Shown here one piece after another: positions 1-9,082 of a stretch of 32,000 bases of DNA (position 1 is the first letter of the stretch; the number at the start of each line of letters is the position of its first letter). The notes beneath the pieces are model-generated. The model ran no database searches, was not told the origin of the DNA, and was given only the letters and a program-made list of their open reading frames with translations. Both the position numbers and the translations under genes were made by a program. Origin of the DNA: an uncultured Acidobacteriota bacterium (lineage in GTDB: Bacteria > Acidobacteriota > Terriglobia > Acidiferrales > UBA7541); NCBI GenBank assembly GCA_963804545.1, contig CAWDQW010000002.1, positions 567,411 to 599,410 on the forward strand, in the 5' to 3' direction.

Positions 1-32
1 GGCCCCAGGGCAGCTGTGAAGGAGGCAAGATT

Positions 33-1274
33 ATGGAACTGTACGCTACAGAACTGATGGGCGCGCAAGCTTACGATGTGCAGGGCAACTTTGTCGGCAG
101 AGTGCGCGAATTCTTCATTGAGCCGGCGCAAGCCACGAACCGGCTATCACATTTCCTTATTTCGCGCGGCCGATTCCAGCCGCTGATTGCCCGGCACGAT
201 CAGGTCGCCAATTTCGCGCCGGGGACGATGCGCCTGAATGTCAGCGAGCGCGCTCTCCAGCTTTATGAACCGAACGAATCGTTGCTGGCCGTGCGCAAGG
301 ATTTGATGGACCAGCAGATCATCGACACACGGGGCCGCAAGGTCGTGCGCGTCAACGACGTGGACCTGACGGAAATGAAAACCAACGGAAATGTTGAGCT
401 GCGCGTCACGCAAGTCGATGTTGGGCTGCCTGGGGCGGTCCGCAGGCTTCTGCAAGGGGTAGTCTCGCCAGGCGTGATCCGTAAACTGCAAAGCAAACTG
501 CCGCAGAGTGCCATTCGCTGGGAATTCGTGAACTTGATCGAATCCGACCCGCTGCGGCGCGTTAAGCTGCGCATCACGCACGAAAAGCTCGAAGACCTGC
601 ACCCCGCGGACCTCGCCGAAATCATCGAAGACCTCTCGGCGGCGGAGCGGCAGGGAATCATCGCTTCGCTCGATGAAGAGACCGCAGCCTCCGTGCTTGC
701 CGAGCTCGATGAACGGCTGACCACACAGATCGTCGAGAAGCTCGATCCCGAAAAGGCCGCCGATATTCTGGAAGAGATGGCCCCCGATGCCGCTGCCGAC
801 CTTTTGGCCGAGCTTCCGAAGGAAACTTCGGAAGAGTTGCTCGAAGAGATGCCCGGCCAGGAAGCCGATGAAGTGCGCGAGCTGCTCTCGTTCGATTCTT
901 CGACGGCCGGCGGAATGATGAATACGCAGTTTGTGTTTGTGGGCGAGGGGTCCCGGCGCGAGGAAGTGCTCGCGTGGGTCCGCAGCCAGGAATTGAACCT
1001 CGACCAGTTGGACACCATCGTGCTGCTCGATGGCAAGGCGGAGTATTCCGGCACGGTGTCCGTCGCCCGTCTGCTGCTCGCCTCTCCGGAACAGAAGATG
1101 TCCGAGCTGCGCAGCGAACCGCTTTTGAGCATTGCCGCTGACGCGGATGAAAAAGACGTTTTTGAGCTGTTCGACAAATACAATCTGCGGATGCTTACGG
1201 TGATCGATGCGGAGAAACGGCCTATCGGCACCGTGACCGTGGACGACGTGGTTTCGCGCCTGGTGAAGAAATAA
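33..1274 (+). CDS. Soluble MgtE-like protein: PRC-barrel-like N-terminus + MgtE N-domain + CBS pair, no membrane domain
   Basis: 413-aa ORF with AAGGAGG at 19-25, 7 nt before the ATG. MgtE_N-type helical repeats: LHPADLAEIIEDLSAAERQGIIASLDEETAASVLAELDE...DAAADLLAELPKETSEELLEEM...TAGGMMNTQFVFV. A CBS-pair-like C-terminus follows. The ORF ends without any hydrophobic MgtE pore domain. Confidence 0.85.
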   Translation: MELYATELMGAQAYDVQGNFVGRVREFFIEPAQATNRLSHFLISRGRFQPLIARHDQVANFAPGTMRLNVSERALQLYEPNESLLAVRKDLMDQQIIDTRGRKVVRVNDVDLTEMKTNGNVELRVTQVDVGLPGAVRRLLQGVVSPGVIRKLQSKLPQSAIRWEFVNLIESDPLRRVKLRITHEKLEDLHPADLAEIIEDLSAAERQGIIASLDEETAASVLAELDERLTTQIVEKLDPEKAADILEEMAPDAAADLLAELPKETSEELLEEMPGQEADEVRELLSFDSSTAGGMMNTQFVFVGEGSRREEVLAWVRSQELNLDQLDTIVLLDGKAEYSGTVSVARLLLASPEQKMSELRSEPLLSIAADADEKDVFELFDKYNLRMLTVIDAEKRPIGTVTVDDVVSRLVKK

Positions 1275-1298
1275 AAGGGGAATTGGCGGAAGCAGCGG

Positions 1299-2618
1299 AT
1301 GAATTGGGAAATTCTCAAATCGAGCCTGGAGGGCCTGCAGACGCGCGGCACGAATCTGCAACAGAAGATTCGCGGCTTGCGGCGGCGCTTGACGTTGCTT
1401 CTTGCGGTTGTCGGGCCGGGGCTAATCACCTCCAACGTCGACAACGATGCGGGCGGCATCGCCACGTATTCGCAAGCGGGCGCGCAGTATGGCTACGCTA
1501 TGCTCTGGGCCCTGATTCCCATGACCATTGCGCTGTATGTCACCGAAGTGATGTGCGCTCGCATGGGCGTCATAACCGGCAAAGGATTATCCGATCTGAT
1601 TCGCGAAGAGTTCGGTTTTCGTTCCACGTTTTTTGTGATGGTCACCGGCTTCTTCGTGGACCTTGCAAACGTCGTTGCGGAATTTGCTGGCGTAGCCGCG
1701 TCCATGGAGATGTTTCACGTCAGCAGGTACATTGCTGTTCCTATTGCCGCACTATTGGTTTGGATTCTGGTGCTTCGAGGAACCTATCGCCAAGTCGAGG
1801 TCATCTTTCTGGTTGCGTGTGGATTTTATGTCACGTACATCATTTCCGCGGTTCTGGCTAAACCGGATTGGTTGGAGGCTGCCAAGCACGTTGTCATTCC
1901 CAACCTGGCATTTAATTCTGGGTACTTGGTTACTTTGACTGCACTTATAGGCACCACGATTGCCCCGTGGCAGTTTTTCTACCTCCAGGCCGGGTTCGTC
2001 GAGAAGAAAGTCGGCCCCCGCAACTATCCGCAAGCCCGCGCCGATGTGTTAATCGGCAGCATCAGTTGCATGGTCATCGTGTTTTTCATCATCGTGGCCA
2101 CCGCCGCGACTTTGTATGTCTCCGGCCAGCGCGACATCACCGACGCGGTGCAGGCGGCGAAGGCCCTGATTCCTTTGGCGGGCAAATGGGCCGGATTCAC
2201 ATTTGCGTTCGGTTTGTTGAACGCCTCGCTCTTTGCGGCCTCGATTTTGCCTCTTTCGACGGCGCATGTGATTTGCGAAGGGCTTGGATTTGAAGCCGGC
2301 ATCGACCATAAGTTCAAAGACGCGAAAATCTTTTACAGTCTTTATACCGTCTTGATTGTCGTGGGCGCGGGAATCATCCTCCTCCCGCACGTTCCCATTT
2401 GGAAGATCTTCATTTTCTCGCAAGTAGGCAACGGCGTCTGGCTGCCCATCGTTATCATTTTCATTCTGCTCCTCGTAAACCGGCGTGATCTGATGGGCGA
2501 GCACGTGAATACGCTCACATTTAATATCGTGGCTTGGGCCACGGCGATCGCTATGATCATCTTGACGCTCGTGCTGGTCTACACCTCGCTCTTCCAAACG
2601 CCGCCGCCGGCGGGGTGA
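1299..2618 (+). CDS. Nramp/SLC11-family transporter of the NRMT (Nramp-related Mg2+ transporter) type
   Basis: 439-aa polytopic membrane ORF starting 24 nt after the previous stop. The Nramp TM1 motif reads VDNDAGGIATYSQAG (DAGG in place of DPGN). The TM6 motif reads LIGTTIAPWQFFYLQAG (GTTIAPW in place of GATVMPH). Confidence 0.85.
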   Translation: MNWEILKSSLEGLQTRGTNLQQKIRGLRRRLTLLLAVVGPGLITSNVDNDAGGIATYSQAGAQYGYAMLWALIPMTIALYVTEVMCARMGVITGKGLSDLIREEFGFRSTFFVMVTGFFVDLANVVAEFAGVAASMEMFHVSRYIAVPIAALLVWILVLRGTYRQVEVIFLVACGFYVTYIISAVLAKPDWLEAAKHVVIPNLAFNSGYLVTLTALIGTTIAPWQFFYLQAGFVEKKVGPRNYPQARADVLIGSISCMVIVFFIIVATAATLYVSGQRDITDAVQAAKALIPLAGKWAGFTFAFGLLNASLFAASILPLSTAHVICEGLGFEAGIDHKFKDAKIFYSLYTVLIVVGAGIILLPHVPIWKIFIFSQVGNGVWLPIVIIFILLLVNRRDLMGEHVNTLTFNIVAWATAIAMIILTLVLVYTSLFQTPPPAG

Positions 2619-2731
2619 TACCCGGAACGCCGTCGCTCGAAACGGGGATGTACGACACGTCACCCTGGGATTGCGTCAGTGCCAAATCGTATGTTAACTT
2701 TGCGGCATAAAGAACAAACTACAGAAAACCC

Positions 2732-3577
2732 GTGCCGTACACGAAATCACACACGACGCTGCAAGTTTCCTCCTCTGGCGCTCTAGGGCCGTTGACGCCG
2801 GAAGAGGCGCTGCTTTTCGAAAAACTCGATCTGGGCCGTCTGCCGCGGCACGTGGCCGTCATCATGGATGGCAACGGCCGCTGGGCCCAGCAGCGGCATT
2901 TGCCGCGTGTAGCGGGGCACCGCTCCGGCACAAAAACGGCGCGCTCGACGATTGAAACCTGTGCGCGGCTGAAAATCGAAGCGCTCACGCTCTACGCCTT
3001 CTCGGTCGAAAACTGGCGGCGTCCGAAAACCGAAATTGATTTCCTAATGCAATTGCTGCGCGAATATTTACGCCGGGAAATGCCGCTCCTGCAAAAGAAC
3101 GACATCCGCATGAAGTTTTTGGGACGCACGGACGAACTTCCCAAAGGCGTGCAGGACGATGTGCGCGACGCCATGGAACGCACGGCCGCCAACAAGGGCA
3201 TGGTCCTCTGCGTGGCGCTGAACTATGGCGGCCGCGCGGAAATCGTGGACGCCATGAACGCGATCCTGGCCGAGCAGAACGGCCACGCCGGCCGCGTCCC
3301 AATTACCGAAGAGTCGCTCGCCCGGCACATGTACACGAACGGTTTGCCGGACCCCGATTTGCTGATCCGTACAAGCGGCGAAATGCGTGTAAGCAATTTT
3401 CTGCTCTGGCAGATTGCCTACGCCGAAATTTTCGTCACGGAAACTCTGTGGCCCGATTTTAACCGTGCCCGCTTGCTCGAAGCGCTCGTCGAATTCCAAA
3501 AACGCGAACGCCGCTACGGCGGAATCCGCGAAGGCCAGCCCGACACGCAAAAATCCGCGCGTGTCGTCGGCGAATAG
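2732..3577 (+). CDS. uppS: Undecaprenyl-diphosphate synthase (isoprenyl transferase)
   Basis: Motifs HVAVIMDGNGRWA and RTSGEMRVSNFLLWQIAYAEIF. GTG start at 2732; the exact start is uncertain. Confidence 0.9.
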   Translation: MPYTKSHTTLQVSSSGALGPLTPEEALLFEKLDLGRLPRHVAVIMDGNGRWAQQRHLPRVAGHRSGTKTARSTIETCARLKIEALTLYAFSVENWRRPKTEIDFLMQLLREYLRREMPLLQKNDIRMKFLGRTDELPKGVQDDVRDAMERTAANKGMVLCVALNYGGRAEIVDAMNAILAEQNGHAGRVPITEESLARHMYTNGLPDPDLLIRTSGEMRVSNFLLWQIAYAEIFVTETLWPDFNRARLLEALVEFQKRERRYGGIREGQPDTQKSARVVGE

Positions 3578-3685
3578 CCTTTGCAATCCTCGACAGCTAA
3601 CTCTGCGGTCTCCCGTAGTATAATTCGGAACATGCAATGGTGGAATCGGATTCCATTCCTTCCTCACGAAGCTAAGGAGCGCCCA

Positions 3686-4387
3686 ATGAGAACCCGCATC
3701 ATCCTTTTGCTTATGGTCCTAGCGAGTTTCTGCAACTTTACGGCAGCGGCCACGCGGACTTACCAAGTCCCGCATAAAAGTGCGCCCACGTCGAGCTCCA
3801 AATCGGCAAATCTCTCAACGATCACCGTAAACGGCGTTGCCGACATTGATCCTGCCAAAGCCTTCGGCTCAAGAGACCCGATTTTGGTCATCGAAATCTT
3901 CAGCGACTTTCAATGTCCGACCTGCAAGCAGTTTTTCGAGACGACGTTGAAGCGCGTCATGGACAACTACGTCACTGGCGCAACGCCTTGCAAGATTTAC
4001 GTAGTTCATCGCGACTTTCTGATCTCTTACCACGCCTATTCCCGTGTCGCAGCGAACTATTCCCGCGCCGCTGCGCACATCGGCAAGTGCCAGGAGGTTG
4101 AAGCTGCTTTGTTTCAGAACCAGCAGAAATGGGAAGCCACCGGCGACGTGAGAGGGACAGTCGCTTCGGTGTTGACTCGCGCTGAGATGAAAAAGGTGCA
4201 GGCTTTCGTCGACGCGAAGACCTTCGAACCCTTCGTGGATCACGACCACCAACTGGGCTTGCAGCTTCCCGTGCGCGGCACACCCACCATGGTGTTTCAT
4301 ACTCGCGACGGCAAGACGTATCCAGTCAACGGTATCGTCAGCTACGATGTGCTCAAGGATTTTCTCGACCAGCTCCTCGTGCGATAG
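3686..4387 (+). CDS. Secreted DsbA-like thioredoxin-fold protein (CPTC active site)
   Basis: FSDFQCPTCKQF CxxC motif. Start placed at ATG 3686 (AAGGAG at 3674-3679), giving signal peptide MRTRIILLLMVLASFCNFTAAA. The ORF track extends to 3581 without support. Confidence 0.75.
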   Translation: MRTRIILLLMVLASFCNFTAAATRTYQVPHKSAPTSSSKSANLSTITVNGVADIDPAKAFGSRDPILVIEIFSDFQCPTCKQFFETTLKRVMDNYVTGATPCKIYVVHRDFLISYHAYSRVAANYSRAAAHIGKCQEVEAALFQNQQKWEATGDVRGTVASVLTRAEMKKVQAFVDAKTFEPFVDHDHQLGLQLPVRGTPTMVFHTRDGKTYPVNGIVSYDVLKDFLDQLLVR

Positions 4388-4458
4388 ATTCTGCTCACAC
4401 CACCGCCGGCAAATAACTCCTCTCGCGTGATTTATTTCTCTCGATATGATGAGATGGA

Positions 4459-5364
4459 GTGAGCCGTACGTCAGGGGATTCCTCTTCAATGACCTGGAAG
4501 CGCGTCGCGACAGCCGCTGTTCTAATTCCGTGTGTGGTCGGCTTGGTTTTGTGGGGCTCGACAGGCCTTATGGCCGTCGGCCTCGCGCTTGTCATTCTGC
4601 TTGCTCTCTTTGAATATTTCGCGTTGGGCGACGCCATTGGCCACCGCGCGTACCGTTTCTGGACGGCCACCTGTGCTCTAGGGCTTGTCTATGTGCAATG
4701 GCTGGCGGCTATCACGCCCTCCTACGAACTCGCCGGCGGACTGACAGTCCATCGCATGGTTGGGCGAATCTTGGGAGTCATTCCCACTCCCCAGGATGTG
4801 TTTCTTATTTTCGTGCTCGGAGTCGCCGCGCTGACGCTCTCGACGAAACGGCCGATTGTGGAAGCCTTGCCGGCCGCCGGCATTAGCGCCAGTGGACTGC
4901 TCCTGGTCGCCTTTCCGCTGACCTTCACGATTCGCTTGCATGGTTATAGTCCCGACGGGCCGAAACTCCTCATGTTTGTTCTGGTCCTAACCTGGGTTGG
5001 CGATACTTCCGCCTATTTCGCGGGGCGCGCGGTCGGAAAGCGCCGCATCGCGCCGGTGCTGAGCCCCAAGAAAACTTGGGAGGGGACGGTTGCGAGTCTT
5101 CTTGGAGCGCTGCTCGTAGCCGTTATTTTTGCGAGGTGGCTGACCGTGCCGCTGCCTCATCTTTTGGGGATGGCCGCCGTCGGTAATTTTGCCGGCCAGG
5201 CCGGCGATTTGCTCGAATCGGCTTACAAGCGCAGCGCGGGAGTCAAAGATTCTGGCACGCTGCTGCCCGGCCATGGCGGTGTACTCGATCGGATCGATGC
5301 GTTGATATTGGCAATCCCAGTTGTCTGGTACTATTGGATTTGGATTTACTTGCCCAGCAGGTAG
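4459..5364 (+). CDS. cdsA: Phosphatidate cytidylyltransferase
   Basis: SPKKTWEG and PGHGGVLDRIDA motifs in a multi-TM protein. GTG at 4459 or ATG at 4489 (MTWKRV...) are both possible starts. Confidence 0.85.
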   Translation: MSRTSGDSSSMTWKRVATAAVLIPCVVGLVLWGSTGLMAVGLALVILLALFEYFALGDAIGHRAYRFWTATCALGLVYVQWLAAITPSYELAGGLTVHRMVGRILGVIPTPQDVFLIFVLGVAALTLSTKRPIVEALPAAGISASGLLLVAFPLTFTIRLHGYSPDGPKLLMFVLVLTWVGDTSAYFAGRAVGKRRIAPVLSPKKTWEGTVASLLGALLVAVIFARWLTVPLPHLLGMAAVGNFAGQAGDLLESAYKRSAGVKDSGTLLPGHGGVLDRIDALILAIPVVWYYWIWIYLPSR

Positions 5365-5451
5365 GTCCACAGGTCCTTCCAATAACGGGCGCGAGACAGA
5401 CTGGAAAGTCTGTCCCACCTAGTCAGCACTAAGCGGAGAAAAGATTCGTCC

Positions 5452-6642
5452 TTGAAGCAGCTATCCATTTTGGGTTCAACAGGTTCGATTGGGCGGCAGT
5501 GCCTCTCCGTTGTGGAAGCGCTGCCGGAGCGCTTTGGTGTCGTCGCGCTGGCCGCGGGCGGCAATCTGGAAGAATTAAGCAACCAAATTGCGCGCCATAA
5601 GCCCGAACTGGTTTCGGTAGGCGACGAAGTAAGAGCCGATGAGCTGGCTTCCATGCTTCGCGTCAGGGGAATTTCTCCGCTCCCTGCCATTCATCATGGA
5701 CGCGAAGGGATGCTGGCCGTCGGAACACACGGCAAAGCCGAAATTGTCGTTTCCGCTGCTGTTGGCGTTGTCGGGCTGGAAGCCACCTACGAAGCGGTCA
5801 AGCTAGGAAAAACCGTAGCGCTTTCGAACAAGGAAGTTTTGGTCGCCGCGGGCGAATTGGTGATGGCTGCGGCAAAAAAAGCGGGGCGCGAATTGTTGCC
5901 CGTGGACAGCGAACACAACGCGGTTCACCAATGCTTGCGCGGCGGAACGCACGGCGAAGTCCGCCGCCTCGTGCTTACCGCCAGCGGTGGCCCTTTTCGC
6001 AAGACGCCGCTCGCCGAGCTCGAGAACGTGTCGCCAGAGCAAGCTCTGGCGCATCCAAATTGGAAAATGGGCAACCGCATCACCATCGATTCCGCCACGA
6101 TGATGAACAAGGGCTTTGAAGTCATCGAGGCACGCTGGCTATTCGGCGTGCGTCCCGACCAGATTGACGTCGTGATTCACCCGCAGTCCACCATTCATTC
6201 CATGGTCGAGTACGTGGACGGTTCGATTCTCGCGCAGCTCGGTCCAACCGACATGCGAATGCCCATCCAATATGCGTTAACCTATCCGGAGAGAGTAGCG
6301 TCTAACCAGGTAGCCCTGGACTGGCGCAAGCTGCGGCGGTTGGATTTCGCAAAGGTCTCCACGCGGCGTTTCCCCTGCCTTCGTCTGGCGCGTGAAGCAA
6401 TGAAGAAGGGCGGGGCGATGCCTTGTGCCTTGAACGCAGCGGACGAGGTTGCTGTGGCGGCCTTTCTGGAGCGCCGTCTGCCGTTTCTGGGTATCGCGGA
6501 AGTGATTGAGCGCGTGCTGGCACGCACGCCGCGCATGCGCTTTGAAAAAATGGACGACGTGCTGGCCGCCGACGCAGCAGCGCGGCGCATGGCGCAAGAA
6601 GAAGTACAGCATTTATCGGCAAAGGCTGTGGCAGTATCATAA
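5452..6642 (+). CDS. dxr: 1-deoxy-D-xylulose 5-phosphate reductoisomerase
   Basis: ILGSTGSIGRQ NADPH motif, LSNKE, NKGFEVIEA. TTG start. Canonical position between cdsA and rseP. Confidence 0.92.
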   Translation: MKQLSILGSTGSIGRQCLSVVEALPERFGVVALAAGGNLEELSNQIARHKPELVSVGDEVRADELASMLRVRGISPLPAIHHGREGMLAVGTHGKAEIVVSAAVGVVGLEATYEAVKLGKTVALSNKEVLVAAGELVMAAAKKAGRELLPVDSEHNAVHQCLRGGTHGEVRRLVLTASGGPFRKTPLAELENVSPEQALAHPNWKMGNRITIDSATMMNKGFEVIEARWLFGVRPDQIDVVIHPQSTIHSMVEYVDGSILAQLGPTDMRMPIQYALTYPERVASNQVALDWRKLRRLDFAKVSTRRFPCLRLAREAMKKGGAMPCALNAADEVAVAAFLERRLPFLGIAEVIERVLARTPRMRFEKMDDVLAADAAARRMAQEEVQHLSAKAVAVS

Positions 6643-6669
6643 GAGTTAGAAGAGGGGAAAGACGGAGAT

Positions 6670-8037
6670 ATGGGCGCGGTTTACCTCATCGTAGGCGTGG
6701 TTCTTGTGCTCGGCGTAATGGTCCTCGTGCATGAATGGGGACACTTTATCGTCGCGCGGATGTGCGGCGTGCGCGTGGACGTCTTTTCCATCGGGTTCGG
6801 TCCGCGGCTCTTTGGCTGGAAGAAAGGGCCGACGGACTATCGCGTAAGCGCGCTGCCGCTCGGCGGCTACGTGCGCATGGCCGGGCAGGATCCCAGCGAG
6901 GTGGATTCGCAGGGAAAATTCGCCTCGGGAGAAGGCGACGCGGCTCCCACAGGAGCGCCGGACGAGCTGATGAGCAAGCCACGCTGGCAACGGGCGCTCA
7001 TCTCCTTTGCCGGCCCAGCCGTGAACCTGATTCTGCCGATTTTTCTTCTGACGGGACTTTTTTCCATCGCCGGCGTGCCCTATCCCGCCTACCTGAATGA
7101 GAAGGTGCAAATTACAGGGACGTCCGCGAACTCTGACACCACTCCCAGCGTCTTGAAGCCTGGAGATACGGTGCTCTCGATCAATGGCACAGCGACGCCG
7201 AACTGGGAGCAAGCGCTGCTGGCACTGAAACAAGTGGTGCCGGGAACCACTGTCAAAATGGAAGTAGAGGATTCTGGAACGCGGCAAACCGTCGAAGTGC
7301 CCATCAAGGATAAAGCCGACCCAAGCCGAATCTTCGGATATGTGCCGATTCGCCCTATCATTGACCAGATTGCGCAGGGCGCTCCCGCGGATCGCGCGGG
7401 CTTGCAAGAAGGGGATCAGATTACCGCTGTAAACGGAAACCACATCGACTATTGGGAGCAGTTCCAGCAGTTTACGCGCTCCTCGAATGGCCAGCCCATG
7501 ACCCTGGACCTTCTTCGCAAGGGCCAGCCTCTTCGCCTGGTGGTGACGCCGGAAAAAGGCGCCGCGGGCACCGGCGAAAACGTCTACCAGATCGGCATTG
7601 GCCCGCGCGATGACAGCATCTACAAGCACGTTGCCTTCAGCGAGAGCGTCAAGATTGCCGGACTCGAAACTACAGACACCATCGCGCAGACCGTGGACGT
7701 GGTCGGCAAACTCTTCAGCGGACGCGTTTCGATCAAGCAGCTCCAAGGGCCCGTGGGAATTTCGCACATGGCTGGGCAGGCTGTCCGCAAAGGACCGCCA
7801 TACGTCGTAACCCTCATGGTGGTGATCAGCATCAACCTTGGCATCTTGAACCTTTTGCCGATTCCTATCTTAGACGGCGGAAATATCCTGTTGCTTGGGA
7901 TCGAAGGAATCATGCGGCGCGATTTGAGCATGAGCTTCAAGGAACGATTTGTGCAGGTTGGGTTGGTCTTCCTTTTGGTCATCTTCGCCATCGTTATGTA
8001 CAATGACATTTTGCGGCGGATTTCGAGTCACTCTTAG
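6670..8037 (+). CDS. rseP: RIP site-2 metalloprotease RseP
   Basis: HEWGHF (HExxH), two PDZ-like segments (GDTVLSING..., GLQEGDQITAVNG) and NLLPIPILDGG. GGAG RBS before the ATG. Confidence 0.9.
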   Translation: MGAVYLIVGVVLVLGVMVLVHEWGHFIVARMCGVRVDVFSIGFGPRLFGWKKGPTDYRVSALPLGGYVRMAGQDPSEVDSQGKFASGEGDAAPTGAPDELMSKPRWQRALISFAGPAVNLILPIFLLTGLFSIAGVPYPAYLNEKVQITGTSANSDTTPSVLKPGDTVLSINGTATPNWEQALLALKQVVPGTTVKMEVEDSGTRQTVEVPIKDKADPSRIFGYVPIRPIIDQIAQGAPADRAGLQEGDQITAVNGNHIDYWEQFQQFTRSSNGQPMTLDLLRKGQPLRLVVTPEKGAAGTGENVYQIGIGPRDDSIYKHVAFSESVKIAGLETTDTIAQTVDVVGKLFSGRVSIKQLQGPVGISHMAGQAVRKGPPYVVTLMVVISINLGILNLLPIPILDGGNILLLGIEGIMRRDLSMSFKERFVQVGLVFLLVIFAIVMYNDILRRISSHS

Positions 8038-8070
8038 CCCGGAGTGCGCTGCGCGCCAGGAGGGCGAGAC

Positions 8071-8565
8071 ATGTCCGTATCGCCGGGCCACCGTGTATCA
8101 ACGGGCGAGCGCCTAAATACTTCCGAAACAACGGGAAAGCTGCAACAGGCGATACGGGAGCGGGGCATCCGGCTCACGCGGCAAAGGCGCGTCATCCTGG
8201 AAGTGATGGACGCCGCCGAACAGCACCTGGACGTGGACCAGATTTTGGAGCGGGCGCGGAAAATCGATTCCGGCGTGCATCTGGTCACCGTCTACCGCAC
8301 CATCGATCTTCTTAAAAAACAGGGACTTATCGACGAACTGGACCTGCTTCACCTGCGGGGCGACCGGCACTACTACGAGAGCCACGGCCCGCGCGATCAC
8401 ATTCACGTCGCTTGCTTGCGCTGCGGCAAAGTGCGCGAGTTTGAGAGCCGGCTCTACGAGCAGTTGAAGCAGCAAATTGCGCGAGACTTCAAGATGAAGG
8501 TCACCGTGTCCCGCACCGAAGTGGGCGGGTATTGCGAAGAGTGCCTCGCCAAGATGCCTTCGTAG
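8071..8565 (+). CDS. Fur-family metalloregulator
   Basis: TRQRRVILEVM winged helix and two CxxC pairs (CLRCGKV, YCEEC). Start placed at ATG 8071 (AGGAGG at 8058-8063); the ORF track begins at GTG 8044. Confidence 0.8.
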   Translation: MSVSPGHRVSTGERLNTSETTGKLQQAIRERGIRLTRQRRVILEVMDAAEQHLDVDQILERARKIDSGVHLVTVYRTIDLLKKQGLIDELDLLHLRGDRHYYESHGPRDHIHVACLRCGKVREFESRLYEQLKQQIARDFKMKVTVSRTEVGGYCEECLAKMPS

Positions 8566-8592
8566 TTCCCCGGCTGGTCGGCGTGGCACTCC

Positions 8593-8820
8593 TTACAGCA
8601 GGTTGGCAAATTCTTCGACGCTTATTTTCAGGTCTTGGATGATTCCACGCAATGTTTTCCGCTTCAATTCGCCCTTATGCATCGGGATCACCACGCGCGC
8701 CCGGTCGGTCGCGCGTACATAGATCGCGTGGCTCCCGCTTTAGCGCCGAAACACGAACTCTAACTTTTCGGCAACCCGAACAAGCTCTTTCGCCGAAGTC
8801 GCGGGCAGCTTGGGCGTCAC
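8593..8820 (-). pseudogene. hicA: hicA toxin gene interrupted by an in-frame TAA
   Basis: My minus-strand translation gives MTPKLPATSAKELVRVAEKLEFVFRR*SGSHAIYVRATDRARVVIPMHKGELKRKTLRGIIQDLKISVEEFANLL. This is the HicA pattern (RQSGSH core). The stop at 8740-8742 sits where Gln (CAA) is expected. The GTG start overlaps the hicB stop (GTGA). Confidence 0.7.
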
Positions 8821-9038
8821 ACGGGAATCTCAATCGGCTTGATCAGGATATCATCTGTGGGAATGGACAAACCATCTTCCACCAAGCTCTCGAGGTAGAG
8901 CCCGATCGCTTCGCGAATATTCGCGACTCCTTCTTCGACGGTCTCGCTCTGTGTATGGCATCCCGGCAAAGTCGGGCAAAAAACGTGATAGCCGCCTTCC
9001 ACCTCTTTCTCGAAAATTACGGTGTATGAATGCGCCAT
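8817..9038 (-). CDS. hicB: HicB-family antitoxin (UPF0150)
   Basis: MAHSYTVIFEKEVEGGYHVFCPTLPGCHTQSETVEEGVANIREAIGLYLESL is the typical HicB N-domain. GGAGG lies 6 nt upstream of ATG 9038. Confidence 0.8.
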   Translation of the reverse strand: MAHSYTVIFEKEVEGGYHVFCPTLPGCHTQSETVEEGVANIREAIGLYLESLVEDGLSIPTDDILIKPIEIPV

Positions 9039-9082
9039 CGCGAGCCTCCGTTCCACATATTCTAGCCGATTCTGGCTTGCTC

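Noticed and set aside
147-1465. Two long minus-strand ORFs (404 and 400 aa) antisense to the MgtE-like gene
   Set aside because: Their composition is Arg/Ser/Ala-rich and low in complexity. They lie fully inside a + strand gene with clear domain motifs. This is the typical antisense open frame of high-GC DNA.
3581-3685. 5' extension of the DsbA-like ORF (MQSSTANSAVSRS...)
   Set aside because: The internal ATG at 3686 has a perfect AAGGAG RBS and begins a signal peptide. The extension overlaps the uppS terminator-proximal region and has no supporting features.
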